From contig JABIBU010000027.1 in assembly GCA_018652595.1 (NCBI GenBank), positions 4,416-68,415 of the forward strand: a stretch of DNA of 64,000 nucleotides. Reading direction: 5' to 3'. The stretch is from Candidatus Magasanikiibacteriota bacterium. GTDB taxonomy: Bacteria > Patescibacteriota > Patescibacteriia > Magasanikbacterales > UBA922. Under the pieces are notes generated by a model. That model searched no databases. It was not told the origin of the DNA and saw only the letters and a list, made by a program, of their open reading frames with translations. The number at the start of each line of letters is the position of its first letter. Positions within the stretch are counted from its first letter, which is position 1. The position numbers and the translations under genes were made by a program. Positions 40,016 to 50,016 of the stretch are shown in pieces.

Positions 40016-41422
40016 TTAGAATAATCCAACCTTATCAAGAAGAACCAAGGCACTAAAAAATCCAAAGAATAAAAATATGACTACCATTATAATTTTACGA
40101 ATCCAACCTGGGCGGAATACTTTTGGCAATATAGTATGATTGAGCCAAAATACCAGTCCGATGTGCACAAACATAGCAAAAGCATTAATCACTGCACCGA
40201 GTATTATCAAAGTCTTTGGTTCATAGATATTAAATAAAAATAAAATAATGCCAAAGGCAATCTGCGCCCAGACAAAGACATAATAAATCTTGCAAAGATT
40301 TACTTTCTTATTTCCCTTTTCTTTGTCTAATTTTCTAATTGCAAAATTCTCAGACATAATACGGGAAGTAGAGTCCATCACACCCAGCTGAGTCTGAAAT
40401 AACATTATGGCTACCACTATGAGAAACGAAGTGCCCAAGAAAGGTGCTAGCGTCTTTCCGATTACCAATCCCTCGCTAATTACAAAATTAATTCCTTCGG
40501 CATTACCAGTCATGCCATGGGTAGTAGCAAAAGACAATAACATCAACATCATCATGGATAGTCCACCTATGAACCAAAACACAAACAAATGTTCCAAACT
40601 AATTAATTTCCACCATTTTTTGAAGCATTTTATATTTTCGTCATTTATCTCACACTCCTCACCTTCTAGTTTTATTTGTGTTTCTTGTTTTTTCGCAAAC
40701 AGGCCAGTTATTTTTTGTGAATATGCTCCCATTCCATATCCTTTTTCTTTTATATAAATTGATTGTGTGAGATTCAAATTCCCACCCGCTCCAGAATAAG
40801 CAAAGGCTGCAAGGAAAGTTGCAATACTAATTCCAGATGGCAAAAACCAAAATCCATCTCCCCTACCAATCATTCCAGAAAACAATGCGTTGAAGTCTGC
40901 TTTTGTAGCAATAACAATTGCCAAAATAAAAATAAATGGCACACCTATCAAAATTATCGTCTTGGTAAGACGCTCCATCATAGAATAAACTGTCTTTCCA
41001 ATGCTGAGAATCACGCCGATTATAAGTAAAAACCCAATTGCAAGCCATTTGAAACTCTCTAAACCAAATATAGTCGCCGTAACTTTGGCAGAGGCAGCTA
41101 TTATACCCGGCAAACCAAATCCGATAAAAGTAGATAGAATAAACCAATAGACTGCTGGTTTGAAAATTTTATGAATCCCAACAAATACGCTCTCGCCTTT
41201 TACTAATGCATAGCGTTCTATTTCCATGTTCATGAAATATTGAAATGTAATACCAAGCAAAGCTCCCCAAGCAATTCCCATGCCATAGTTTGCTGCCATA
41301 TATGGCCATAGTATTACCTCACCAGATCCTAAGCCAAGAGCGAGAATAATAAAGCTCGGACCAATAAGTTTTTTAAAGGAGATTGGTTTTGGGAATGGTT
41401 TTGTTGTTTTAGTGCTGTTCAT
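40016..41422 (-). CDS. Nramp-like (YcsG-type) divalent cation transporter
   Basis: IGPSFI...GLGSGE, EIERY....GE, about 11 TMs. Confidence 0.8.
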   Translation of the reverse strand: MNSTKTTKPFPKPISFKKLIGPSFIILALGLGSGEVILWPYMAANYGMGIAWGALLGITFQYFMNMEIERYALVKGESVFVGIHKIFKPAVYWFILSTFIGFGLPGIIAASAKVTATIFGLESFKWLAIGFLLIIGVILSIGKTVYSMMERLTKTIILIGVPFIFILAIVIATKADFNALFSGMIGRGDGFWFLPSGISIATFLAAFAYSGAGGNLNLTQSIYIKEKGYGMGAYSQKITGLFAKKQETQIKLEGEECEINDENIKCFKKWWKLISLEHLFVFWFIGGLSMMMLMLLSFATTHGMTGNAEGINFVISEGLVIGKTLAPFLGTSFLIVVAIMLFQTQLGVMDSTSRIMSENFAIRKLDKEKGNKKVNLCKIYYVFVWAQIAFGIILFLFNIYEPKTLIILGAVINAFAMFVHIGLVFWLNHTILPKVFRPGWIRKIIMVVIFLFFGFFSALVLLDKVGLF

Positions 41423-41488
41423 AACTTAATTATTTTATCGTGTCCCCTCCCCTATGAGGGGGGGCACGTTGAGGTAATTCTTATTTTA

Positions 41489-42460
41489 TTATAAAACAAT
41501 ATTAAACAAATAACCAATGAATATAATTCCAACAGTTACAATACCAAAAAATACTAAGAGCAATTTGAATTTTATTACCTTTTTTAAAATCAATGCTTCT
41601 GGAAGAGATAGACCAACAACTGCCATCATAAATGCCAAGGCAGTGCCAATAGGTACGCCTTTTACTACCAGAGCCTGTATAATCGGGATCACACCACTAG
41701 CATTGGAATAGAGTGGAACGGCGAGAATAACTGCCAAAGGTACGCCAAATATTCCTGCAGCCTGCAAATAAGTTTCGAAGAAATTTGTCGGAACAAATCC
41801 ATGTATTACAGCGCCAAGTGCCACACCGGCAATAATATAGAGTACAACTTTTCTTACTATCCCCCAAGCCTCACTGCTAATATTTAATAAAACTTGTTTT
41901 CTGCTTGGTTTTTCTTTTTTACAACCACAACCACAATTTTTCTTTGCTTGTTCAAATGGAATTAAATATTTTTCCATTTTTAATTTTTGCAAAACAAAAC
42001 CACCGACTACACCAACAAGCAAACCAGCCAATACATACAAAATTGTTATTTTCCAACCAAAAAGACTTAAAAACAATACAACAGCAATTTCATTTATAAG
42101 TGGTGAAGTAATTAGAAAAGAAAATGTAACACCAAGAGGAATCCCCGCTTGCATAAAACCAATAAAAAGTGGAATCGATGAGCAGGAACAAAATGGAGTA
42201 ATAGCACCAAAGCCTGATGCAATCAAATAATCTGCTCCATAAAATTTACGACTGGTCAAAAACTTTTTAAACTTATCCATTGGCAGAAAATGTCGCAACC
42301 AGCTCATGAAGTGCGTTACCAAAATTAAGAGTATCAAAATTTTCAAAATATCGTTAACAAAAAATACCACACTTTCTGCCAGATGAGTGTCTTGCCGTAA
42401 ATTTAATAGATTGTATGTAAACCAGTTTGCGAATGATTCTAATGGTTGGAATATACTCAT
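41489..42460 (-). CDS. ArsP/DUF318 permease
   Basis: TPFCSCSSIP.F.G, SPLINE, VPLYSNA, GTALAFMMAVVGLSLPE. Confidence 0.9.
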   Translation of the reverse strand: MSIFQPLESFANWFTYNLLNLRQDTHLAESVVFFVNDILKILILLILVTHFMSWLRHFLPMDKFKKFLTSRKFYGADYLIASGFGAITPFCSCSSIPLFIGFMQAGIPLGVTFSFLITSPLINEIAVVLFLSLFGWKITILYVLAGLLVGVVGGFVLQKLKMEKYLIPFEQAKKNCGCGCKKEKPSRKQVLLNISSEAWGIVRKVVLYIIAGVALGAVIHGFVPTNFFETYLQAAGIFGVPLAVILAVPLYSNASGVIPIIQALVVKGVPIGTALAFMMAVVGLSLPEALILKKVIKFKLLLVFFGIVTVGIIFIGYLFNIVL

Positions 42461-42464
42461 AAAA

Positions 42465-43574
42465 CTATTCTTTGGTTTTCAAAAAATAAACCGCCAGATA
42501 GGTAGTAAGCGGAAAAGCTAAAATAAGTCCGATACTTCCGGATAGAGTGCGAACAATTTCAGTCGCAATAAATTCATTGTCCAGTGCACTCGCAAAAGTT
42601 ACTGATGTCTCAGGATTAATACTGAATAAAATTAGTAGTGGCAAAGATGCACCAGCGTAAGTGAGAAATAAAGTATTCACCATCGAGCTTAAGTGTGTCC
42701 TGCCAATTTCATTTGCTGATTTTATCATTTTTCTTTTTGATAAATCTGGTTTTAGTAATTTAATCTGATTGACAGCTTCCACTTGACCTAGAATAACATC
42801 GTCGAGAACACCTAAAGTACCGATTAAAATTCCTGCTAAAAGTAACCCACGAAAGTCAATTATATTAACCCCTGGCGTACCTACCAAAAAACTAGCTTCT
42901 TCTGAGGCAAAACCAGTTAGTTTGGTTAGTGCAACAAAAACATAAGACAAAACAAAAGTAATGATTAGTGATAGACTAATACTCACGATTGCAATGTGAG
43001 TTTTTTTACTAAACCCTTCGGTGACATAAATAATAGTAGCTAATATAAAAATAGAACCAATGAGTGCAATAATAAGCGGACTACTCCCACCTATGATCTG
43101 CGGAATGATAAACTTAATTATTACAAAAAATGTAATAACAAGACTTATGAGCGACCTGATCCCCTTTTTCCGGCCAACTGCAATAATTGCTACTGAAAAA
43201 ATTAATCCCAACAAATATAGATAACCGCGACGAACAAAATTCTGAATATAAAACTGGTCACTACCTTCAAAATCCTTGTCCCAGCGCACCAGCACCTTGT
43301 CACCTAGCTCAAATACAGTGTTCGACATGCTCAAAACTTCTATATCAGCTATGCCGATATAATCAAATTCCTTTTCTTCCCACGAACCGGATAAGCCAAT
43401 TAGCTTTATATTTTGTTGAACACTCTCTCCACCATTTTCTTGTATAATCTTTCTAGTATCAAAAATTTCTAAAACACGAGCTTCAAAAGTCTCGGGCACA
43501 AAATCAGCCTGAGCTTGAGTAGCTAGTGGTAAAAATAATGTAATTAAAAATAAAAGAATTATAGTCTTTTTCAT
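42465..43574 (-). CDS. YibE/F family membrane protein
   Basis: LTGF, IGTLGVLDDV, HLSSMVNTL.L.YAGASLP, EIVRTL.GSIG. Confidence 0.9.
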   Translation of the reverse strand: MKKTIILLFLITLFLPLATQAQADFVPETFEARVLEIFDTRKIIQENGGESVQQNIKLIGLSGSWEEKEFDYIGIADIEVLSMSNTVFELGDKVLVRWDKDFEGSDQFYIQNFVRRGYLYLLGLIFSVAIIAVGRKKGIRSLISLVITFFVIIKFIIPQIIGGSSPLIIALIGSIFILATIIYVTEGFSKKTHIAIVSISLSLIITFVLSYVFVALTKLTGFASEEASFLVGTPGVNIIDFRGLLLAGILIGTLGVLDDVILGQVEAVNQIKLLKPDLSKRKMIKSANEIGRTHLSSMVNTLFLTYAGASLPLLILFSINPETSVTFASALDNEFIATEIVRTLSGSIGLILAFPLTTYLAVYFLKTKE

Positions 43575-43647
43575 AGACTTATTCTACCACTTTTATAGCA
43601 AAATTACTACTTATGTGATAGAATAAAGATTAATCACTTTTTAGACT

Positions 43648-43739
43648 GAGATTGCCACGTCATGTATTCTCATTCCTCGCAATGACACAAATTTAAGGCC
43701 TTTCCAGCCTTTCTAGCATTTTAAGCCTTTCAGGCATTT
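43648..43739. repeat. Half family C element plus family B units
   Basis: GAGATTGCCACGTC...CCTCGCAATGACA followed by TTTCCAGCC TTTCTAGCA TTTTAAGCC TTTCAGGCA. Confidence 0.7.
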
Positions 43740-43744
43740 ATATC

Positions 43745-44239
43745 ATGCAACTACCAACCAGAAAACCAGGAAAATACTCTATTCCAAAATTTGATCCGGT
43801 GATGAGTAAAGAAAAACTTGATGAACTCAAAGTTGAATTTGTTAAACTTAAGAAAAAACGACCTCATGCTTCTTCTGAAGTAGCTAGGCTCGCAGAAATG
43901 GGAGACTTTTCTGAGAATGTAGAGTATCAGCTAGCAAAAAGACGCCTACGAGGAATTAATAGTGCATTATTAAAATTAGAATATCAGATTGATCATGCTG
44001 AAGTAATTGATCTGAAAAATAATAGCACTATCCAAGTTGGCCATAGTGTAGTACTAAAAGTAGATAAAAATAAAAAAACCTATAAAATTCTAGGTTCTTC
44101 TGAGACAGATCCCACAAAAGGAGTTATATCTTACACTTCCCCAATTGGAGAAGCCTTACTTGGGCACAAGCTTGGTGATGTGTTTGATGTAGAGATTGGT
44201 GGAAAGAGTGTGGAGTGTGAGGTTTTGGATATAAAATGA
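43745..44239 (+). CDS. greA: GreA/GreB transcription elongation factor
   Basis: GDFSENVEY, ISYTSPIGEALLG. Confidence 0.85.
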   Translation: MQLPTRKPGKYSIPKFDPVMSKEKLDELKVEFVKLKKKRPHASSEVARLAEMGDFSENVEYQLAKRRLRGINSALLKLEYQIDHAEVIDLKNNSTIQVGHSVVLKVDKNKKTYKILGSSETDPTKGVISYTSPIGEALLGHKLGDVFDVEIGGKSVECEVLDIK

Positions 44240-44289
44240 CAAGGATATAGAAATTAAGATACAAAAAAACTTCCATATCTGGAAGTTTT

Positions 44290-44490
44290 TTATTTCGGCT
44301 TTGTATTGGTCTTCCACATGCGGTTTCCTATGCTTCTTTGTCTTTGGGCACCGGCTTGGCTGCTTGCTTTTGCGTGGAAGCCCTGGAGACTGCTTTGTTT
44401 TTTCTTTGGGAGACTCATAGAAGGAAGCTTAGTCCCCTTGCCCAACTTCTTTTCTTCTTTTTTTAAATTTTTTAGGACTTTTGATAGCAT
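44290..44490 (-). CDS. Small basic hypothetical protein (66 aa)
   Basis: ATG 10 nt after the typA stop; ends at the terminator 44262-44291. Confidence 0.55.
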   Translation of the reverse strand: MLSKVLKNLKKEEKKLGKGTKLPSMSLPKKKQSSLQGFHAKASSQAGAQRQRSIGNRMWKTNTKPK

Positions 44491-44500
44491 ATTATTTTAT

Positions 44501-46288
44501 TTACTTCTTCCTACCAGCTCTAACTCTATCAGTCTCAGTCAATTGCTGTTTTCGTAGGCGGATACTCTTTGGGGTGATCTCTAGGTACTCGTCTTCAGAC
44601 ATTACTTCCATTCCCCTTTCCAGCGTGAGATCCATAGGCGGGATGAGCGCGAGGGCATCGTCAGTACCAGAAGCACGCATATTGGTAAGTTGTTTGCCTT
44701 TTATTGGATTGACTGTCATATCTTGACCTTTGGCAGTATTACCAATGACCTGACCTTCGTAAACTTCCACATTTGCTTTTACATAAAGCACACCACGCTC
44801 TTGGAGATTGGCTAGTGCGTAACCAAGCACCTTGCCAGCTACACCAGAAATCATAGAACCAACGTCGCGTTTTTTGATCTCGCCAGCTACTGGTTTGAAG
44901 CCAATAACTTCGCTACACAAGATTCCTTCGCCACGAGTATCAACTGTAAATTCATTTTTATAACCTAGTAAGCCTCTGGTTGGGATTTCATAAACCACAC
45001 GAGTGTGATTTTGCTCAGGTTGCATAGATATCATCTGTCCTTTTCGTTTTGACATCTTTTCAATTACTGTTCCAGCAAATTCTTCTGGAATATCCAAGGT
45101 AACAAGCTCATATGGTTCGGACTTAACACCGTCCACTTCTTTTATAATAACTTGAGGTTGAGAAACTTGAAGTTCATAATTTTCACGGCGCATGTTTTCT
45201 AGTAAAATTGCAATATGAAGTTCGCCTCTGCCATAGACTTTGAAAAAATCATTATTTTCAAATTCAATTTTTAGCCCTACATTTACTTCCAATTCTTTTT
45301 CTAGTCTTCCTTTGATTTGTTGAGTCGTTACAAACTTTCCTTCTTTTCCAGCATAAGGAGAATTGTTTACAAGGAAATTCAATGAGATTGTTGGCTCGTC
45401 AATTTTAATTGCAGGAAGTAGTTCTTGATTTTCATCTATACAAATAGTGTCGCCAATATATATTTCTGGCAGACCAGATATCATTACAATATCACCTGCA
45501 CCAGCTTCGTCTACTTCTTTTCTATTTATTCCCTCAAAGGTAAATAGTTTTGCGATAGTTCCGGTTGTTGTCTTCTCACCGATTTTTTTTATAAAAACTT
45601 TTTGACCTGCTTTTACTTTTCCTTGATAGATTCTACCAATACCAAGACGGCCGAGATAATTATCATAAGCTAGGTTGAATGGTTGAAAAGAAAATGAAGC
45701 TTCGGTATCAGCCTCGGCTGGTGAAACTTTTTCTAGAATAACATCCAAAAGCGGAGTAAGATTGTCTGACTCGTCTTCTAGATTCATTTTTGCAATCCCC
45801 TCTTTTGCAATAGTATAAACTGTAGTGAAATCAAGTTGCTCATCATTGGCACCTAGATCCATGAAAAGTTCTAGTACCTTGTCATTGGCCCAGTCTGGTC
45901 TAGCTGCTGGCTTGTCGATTTTATTTAGAACTACAATAGGCTTGAGGCCTAGCTCTAGAGATTTTTTTAAAACAAATTTGGTCTGAGGCATTGGCCCTTC
46001 TTGGGCATCTACAATTAGAAGCACAGAATCAATGGAACGAAGAACTCGCTCTACTTCTGAACCAAAATCAGCATGACCTGGTGTGTCTACTATGTTTATT
46101 TTTGTATCTTTATAGAATACTGAAGTGTTTTTGGAATAAATAGTAATACCACGCTCTTTTTCAAGATCGTTTGAATCCATACTCACTTTTTCATCTGTCA
46201 CCATTCCAGTCTGACGCATAAGAGCATCAGTCAGCTTGGTCTTGCCGTGATCTACGTGAGCTATGATTGCTATGTTACGAGTTTCCAT
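44501..46288 (-). CDS. typA: Translational GTPase TypA/BipA
   Basis: RNIAIIAHVDHGKT, ERGITI.SKNT, DTPGHADF, GRGELH, K.LTNMRASG.D. Confidence 0.97.
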   Translation of the reverse strand: METRNIAIIAHVDHGKTKLTDALMRQTGMVTDEKVSMDSNDLEKERGITIYSKNTSVFYKDTKINIVDTPGHADFGSEVERVLRSIDSVLLIVDAQEGPMPQTKFVLKKSLELGLKPIVVLNKIDKPAARPDWANDKVLELFMDLGANDEQLDFTTVYTIAKEGIAKMNLEDESDNLTPLLDVILEKVSPAEADTEASFSFQPFNLAYDNYLGRLGIGRIYQGKVKAGQKVFIKKIGEKTTTGTIAKLFTFEGINRKEVDEAGAGDIVMISGLPEIYIGDTICIDENQELLPAIKIDEPTISLNFLVNNSPYAGKEGKFVTTQQIKGRLEKELEVNVGLKIEFENNDFFKVYGRGELHIAILLENMRRENYELQVSQPQVIIKEVDGVKSEPYELVTLDIPEEFAGTVIEKMSKRKGQMISMQPEQNHTRVVYEIPTRGLLGYKNEFTVDTRGEGILCSEVIGFKPVAGEIKKRDVGSMISGVAGKVLGYALANLQERGVLYVKANVEVYEGQVIGNTAKGQDMTVNPIKGKQLTNMRASGTDDALALIPPMDLTLERGMEVMSEDEYLEITPKSIRLRKQQLTETDRVRAGRKK

Positions 46289-46421
46289 ATGGAAAGGCTT
46301 GAAAGGCTTGTCCGCCAGAGGACGGATCAGCCTTGGGCTGAAAATGCTTATCCACCCAAGGCGGATCAGTCTTTCAGCTGAATAACAAAATTCTCCTGGT
46401 AGGAGAATCTACTGTGACGGG

Positions 46422-46450
46422 ATTATACTATAGTTTTGGGGTTTTGTCAA
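46422..46450 (-). promoter_or_regulatory. sigma70 promoter of typA
   Basis: Consensus TTGACA-17-TATAAT on the minus strand. Confidence 0.8.
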
Positions 46451-46458
46451 CCCCCCCA

Positions 46459-46584
46459 TGTCATTGCGAGGAGTGTGTAACAACGACGTGGCAATCCCAT
46501 ACTTAAAAACCACTGTCAGTGCAATAAAGACTGAAATTGCCGCGCAACAAGTCCTCTTTGAGAGACTTATCGCTCGCAATGACA
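46459..46584. repeat. Family C REP/MITE-like element
   Basis: 12-bp terminal IR TGTCATTGCGAG/CTCGCAATGACA; inner GTGGCAAT/ATTGCCGC. Confidence 0.75.
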
Positions 46585-46708
46585 GTATAAACAAAAAAAT
46601 ACCTTTTTAAGGTATATAGTGTGTCGACCGCCCCGCCCGTTCGACACCGTTCTGGTAGTCTAGGCGGGGGGCCTCTGATTGTATGCGAAGTTCGCATGAC
46701 TTCCTCCC

Positions 46709-47245
46709 TTAGGTTCTGTTGCTTGGGTGCTCTGGACACCACTTCGCCTCGCAATTCTCGCAATCCACGTCCACATCTATCACAGTGGCAACAATTATGC
46801 CACGGCGACCAAGACCGACCGTGTCATCGAAAGTAACCTCCTCTCTTGTCTCGATAGTAACCCTTTTCGTGAAGATGAACCAGAAGGTACTCACGAACAA
46901 GGTAATCGTCAGCATCCAGGACAGGAGGCACCCAGGACAAACCATCCCAACTTCAACTGCCCTCATAACCAGGAAGACGGTGAATCCGCCCGCGAAGGTG
47001 ACGAGGATGTAGTTGAAGATTGGAAAGAGCCCCCACTTGCTTCTGCTGGACCTGGCCATAAGGGCCGTGAGCCCAATCGTCAGGTACCCCACAGCCCCTA
47101 TCAGAGCGAAGGGCACTCCCAACAGCAGGGTATCAGCGACGTCCTTAGCATGTCCCAGAGCACAGATGTGTGCCCCACCAGCCACGAGGATGCCGATGAA
47201 ACCAAGTGCCGCGATGACAGAGAAATAGAATCTGTGCAAATCCAT
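46709..47245 (-). CDS. GC-rich VKOR (vitamin K epoxide reductase)-like membrane protein
   Basis: LLGVP.ALIG..GY, VCPGCLLSW CxxC; promoter TTGACA-17-TATAAA (47315-47287); SD GAGG; likely start MDLHRF. Confidence 0.7.
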   Translation of the reverse strand: MDLHRFYFSVIAALGFIGILVAGGAHICALGHAKDVADTLLLGVPFALIGAVGYLTIGLTALMARSSRSKWGLFPIFNYILVTFAGGFTVFLVMRAVEVGMVCPGCLLSWMLTITLFVSTFWFIFTKRVTIETREEVTFDDTVGLGRRGIIVATVIDVDVDCENCEAKWCPEHPSNRT

Positions 47246-47391
47246 GGAACCCCCCCTCAAGGTTTTCTAAGTTGTTGAACAAAGTTTTTATACCATAAAA
47301 TAAAAGGTTTGTCAAGTATAGTAACAAAAAACACCCTATAGAATAATGTTTTTTTGACTAGACCCAACTATTCCACATTACAGTAAGGGAC

Positions 47392-47420
47392 TTGACAAAA
47401 GTGCTAAAATGTGCTATAAT
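47392..47420 (+). promoter_or_regulatory. Consensus sigma70 promoter with extended -10
   Basis: TTGACA-17-TATAAT, TG at the extended -10 position. Confidence 0.85.
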
Positions 47421-47636
47421 ATATCGTCATAATCCAAAAATTAAGTCTAGTAAATAGCTTGTATTTTAAGGGGTTATAACGAGGTTCGTTTCAATCTAAA
47501 CCCACCAAAAGGAGTCTTGCTGGTGAAATATGTTTATTACCTACATAGGTGTGAGTATATTTGACCAGCAAGGCGTGCCTAATTAAGCGCCCTGCTATTA
47601 CGCGGTGACGTAGCCGCATTATACAGGAGAAGAGAA

Positions 47637-48221
47637 ATGGCTGACAACAAGAACGTCTTTACCTGCAGTGTGACCTGGGAAAACATCTGTAAGCTTTCGC
47701 TGCTCATGACCAACGGTCTCAAGGATGAGGAAGCCAACCAGGAACTGGTGTACATGGCGGATAACTCCTTCGGGTCTCGTGAGTGGGATGCAATGGAAAG
47801 TGCCCACCGCGTGGACAACGGCTGTGATGGGGACTGGATCGGCTTCCAAGAAGCAAGCTCATCCCGATTCCTCTGGGGCTCGGCCTCATCCGGGGCCACC
47901 ATCGAAGTCGTGAAGTATCACGAGTTCTGGGAGTTAACATTCACGGGTACGAACGTCACAGAGACTGGCAGAGAATCCTGGTATGCTACCGCGGCCGCAA
48001 TGGTAGTGAACCCCCGGGACATTCAGGAAATTGATTTCCCCGAGACTGTGGCATTCTTGGACACGGTACGAGTGTCGGAAAATGACGTGTGGGTCTCCGA
48101 TGAAGAGAAGCTCATACGCGCCAACTTCCTCGAGGGTTTCGAAGGGATCTTCTATATCAATGCACCGCTTACCGAAGCAGAGCAAATCGAAGCTGACTTC
48201 GACTCCGGTCGTCTAAGCTAG
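47637..48221 (+). CDS. GC-rich acidic orphan protein (194 aa)
   Basis: SD AGGAG, GC-rich codons, own promoter, tandem TAG TGA stops. Confidence 0.75.
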   Translation: MADNKNVFTCSVTWENICKLSLLMTNGLKDEEANQELVYMADNSFGSREWDAMESAHRVDNGCDGDWIGFQEASSSRFLWGSASSGATIEVVKYHEFWELTFTGTNVTETGRESWYATAAAMVVNPRDIQEIDFPETVAFLDTVRVSENDVWVSDEEKLIRANFLEGFEGIFYINAPLTEAEQIEADFDSGRLS

Positions 48222-48468
48222 TGATCCTTCTCCACACCCCGCTCTTTCAACGTCGCATCTAGCTACTGGCGTGATGCGAAAGGCCTGATCTATCAGGTCA
48301 ACTACTACTGGTACGCGTTCCAAACACAGGAACGCCACACCTTCATCCCCGAAGGTTGCCAGTGTACTCGAAACGCACGCTCGACTCCCCGTCGACGTGC
48401 CTTCAACTATCTTACTCTTGGACTTTTCAAGGGTGAAATTGAGAAGAAAATACAATTTGAGACAAAAT

Positions 48469-48496
48469 AAAAAACCGTGAATTATCACGGTTTTTT
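48469..48496. terminator. Bidirectional terminator
   Basis: AAAAAACCGTGA-ATTA-TCACGGTTTTTT. Confidence 0.85.
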
Positions 48497-48507
48497 TAAT
48501 TTATATT

Positions 48508-49884
48508 TTATCTACTATATCTACGTCGAGGTGAATTGGTTGGGCGACTCTGTCCGGAACTAGAATTACTTCGTTGACCGTCTGAGGATTCGCTTCTTTT
48601 TCGGGAGTATGGTTTGTTTCTACTACCACTTCCACCACTTCTTTTTCCTCTACTATTCTTTTGGCCGTGTCTTGGGTTGTATGCTCCACCCTGACCTTGT
48701 CGAGGAGATCTACCTCCAGCTTGGAATCCTCGTTTTATAACTGGTCTTTCTCTTTCTGGTGGAAGTTTTGGAAGAGTTAGTATTGGTAAACTCTTGCGAA
48801 TTAGTCGTTCAATCTTTCTGACATCTGCCTTTTCTGATGGAGTAACAAATGAAATTGCTTTTCCAGATTTACCAGCACGACCAGTTCTACCAATACGGTG
48901 AACATAGTCCTCTAAACCATCTGGAAGATCGAAATTGATAACTAGATTAATATCTTTTACATCAATACCACGAGCAGCAATATCAGTAGCGACCATTACA
49001 CGAAATCTTCCTTTGGTAAATCCGTCCAATGCTTTTACGCGTTGTGCTTGAGAACGATTACCATGAATCTCTGTTGCAGTATGATTCATGTTGCCTATAT
49101 CACGAGCAATACGCTTGGCACCATGTTTGGTTCTAGAAAAAACAAGGACCTTGTCGTCTTTATATTGTTCAAGAATTGCATCGAGTAGACGCATCTTATC
49201 ATTTTTCCTTACGACAAATACTTCTTGATCAGTATTTTCTGCAGAAGTTCCTTGAGGTGCGATTTCAATTCGCAAAGGTAGCTTCATAAATCTAGTTGCG
49301 AGACTTGAAATAGTCTTTGGCATGGTAGCAGAGAATAACATTGTTTGTCTATCTGGTCTTATTGCTGATAAAATCTTTTTTATCTCTGGCAAAAATCCCA
49401 TATCAAGCATACGATCGCCTTCATCCAGAGTAATTATATTTACATTTTTCAAACTATAAGCACGTTGGTCTATCAAGTCCATAAGACGGCCGGGAGTAGC
49501 AATTACAATATGTGGATTGCGCTGTAGAGCTCTGACTTGAGGATGTTGAGAAACACCACCAATTACTACTGCTGTGGTCATTCTAAGAGGTGTGCCAACG
49601 TTTTTCAATGATTCCTCCACTTGGAGTGCTAGCTCACGTGTAGGGACCAGAATAAGGCCCTGACCCTTGTCTTTTGCTAGACGTTGGATCATTGGTATAC
49701 CAAAAGCTAGAGTCTTGCCAGTACCAGTCTGAGCAATACCCACGATGTCTTTTCCTTCCAATGCAGGTGCTATGACCTGGCGCTGGATAGGTGTAGGAGT
49801 TTCAAACCCCTTCTTTGAGAGGATGGTCAAAAAATTTGACGCTATCCCAAGGTCGCTAAAACGACCTGTATCTTCTTTTTGCAT
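48508..49884 (-). CDS. DEAD-box RNA helicase (RhlE-like) with R/G/S-rich tail
   Basis: Q motif GFETPTPIQ, AQTGTGKT, PTRELA, TPGR, DEGD, SAT, HRIGRTGRAG; promoter TTGACA-17-TATACT (50013-49985). Confidence 0.95.
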   Translation of the reverse strand: MQKEDTGRFSDLGIASNFLTILSKKGFETPTPIQRQVIAPALEGKDIVGIAQTGTGKTLAFGIPMIQRLAKDKGQGLILVPTRELALQVEESLKNVGTPLRMTTAVVIGGVSQHPQVRALQRNPHIVIATPGRLMDLIDQRAYSLKNVNIITLDEGDRMLDMGFLPEIKKILSAIRPDRQTMLFSATMPKTISSLATRFMKLPLRIEIAPQGTSAENTDQEVFVVRKNDKMRLLDAILEQYKDDKVLVFSRTKHGAKRIARDIGNMNHTATEIHGNRSQAQRVKALDGFTKGRFRVMVATDIAARGIDVKDINLVINFDLPDGLEDYVHRIGRTGRAGKSGKAISFVTPSEKADVRKIERLIRKSLPILTLPKLPPERERPVIKRGFQAGGRSPRQGQGGAYNPRHGQKNSRGKRSGGSGSRNKPYSRKRSESSDGQRSNSSSGQSRPTNSPRRRYSR

Positions 49885-50016
49885 ATATATTTTTAGTATG
49901 ACTCAATATTCTAGAAGGTCATACAAGACACAAAAAGATTCGAGTCGCGAGAGACAAATTAGTCTCAAGCATAAATAATACGGCAGTATAGCATATTTTG
50001 AGAGTTTTGTCAAGTT

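Noticed and set aside
47424-47574. Retron msr-msd or DGR element
   Set aside because: No reverse transcriptase in the window and no template/variable repeat pair seen
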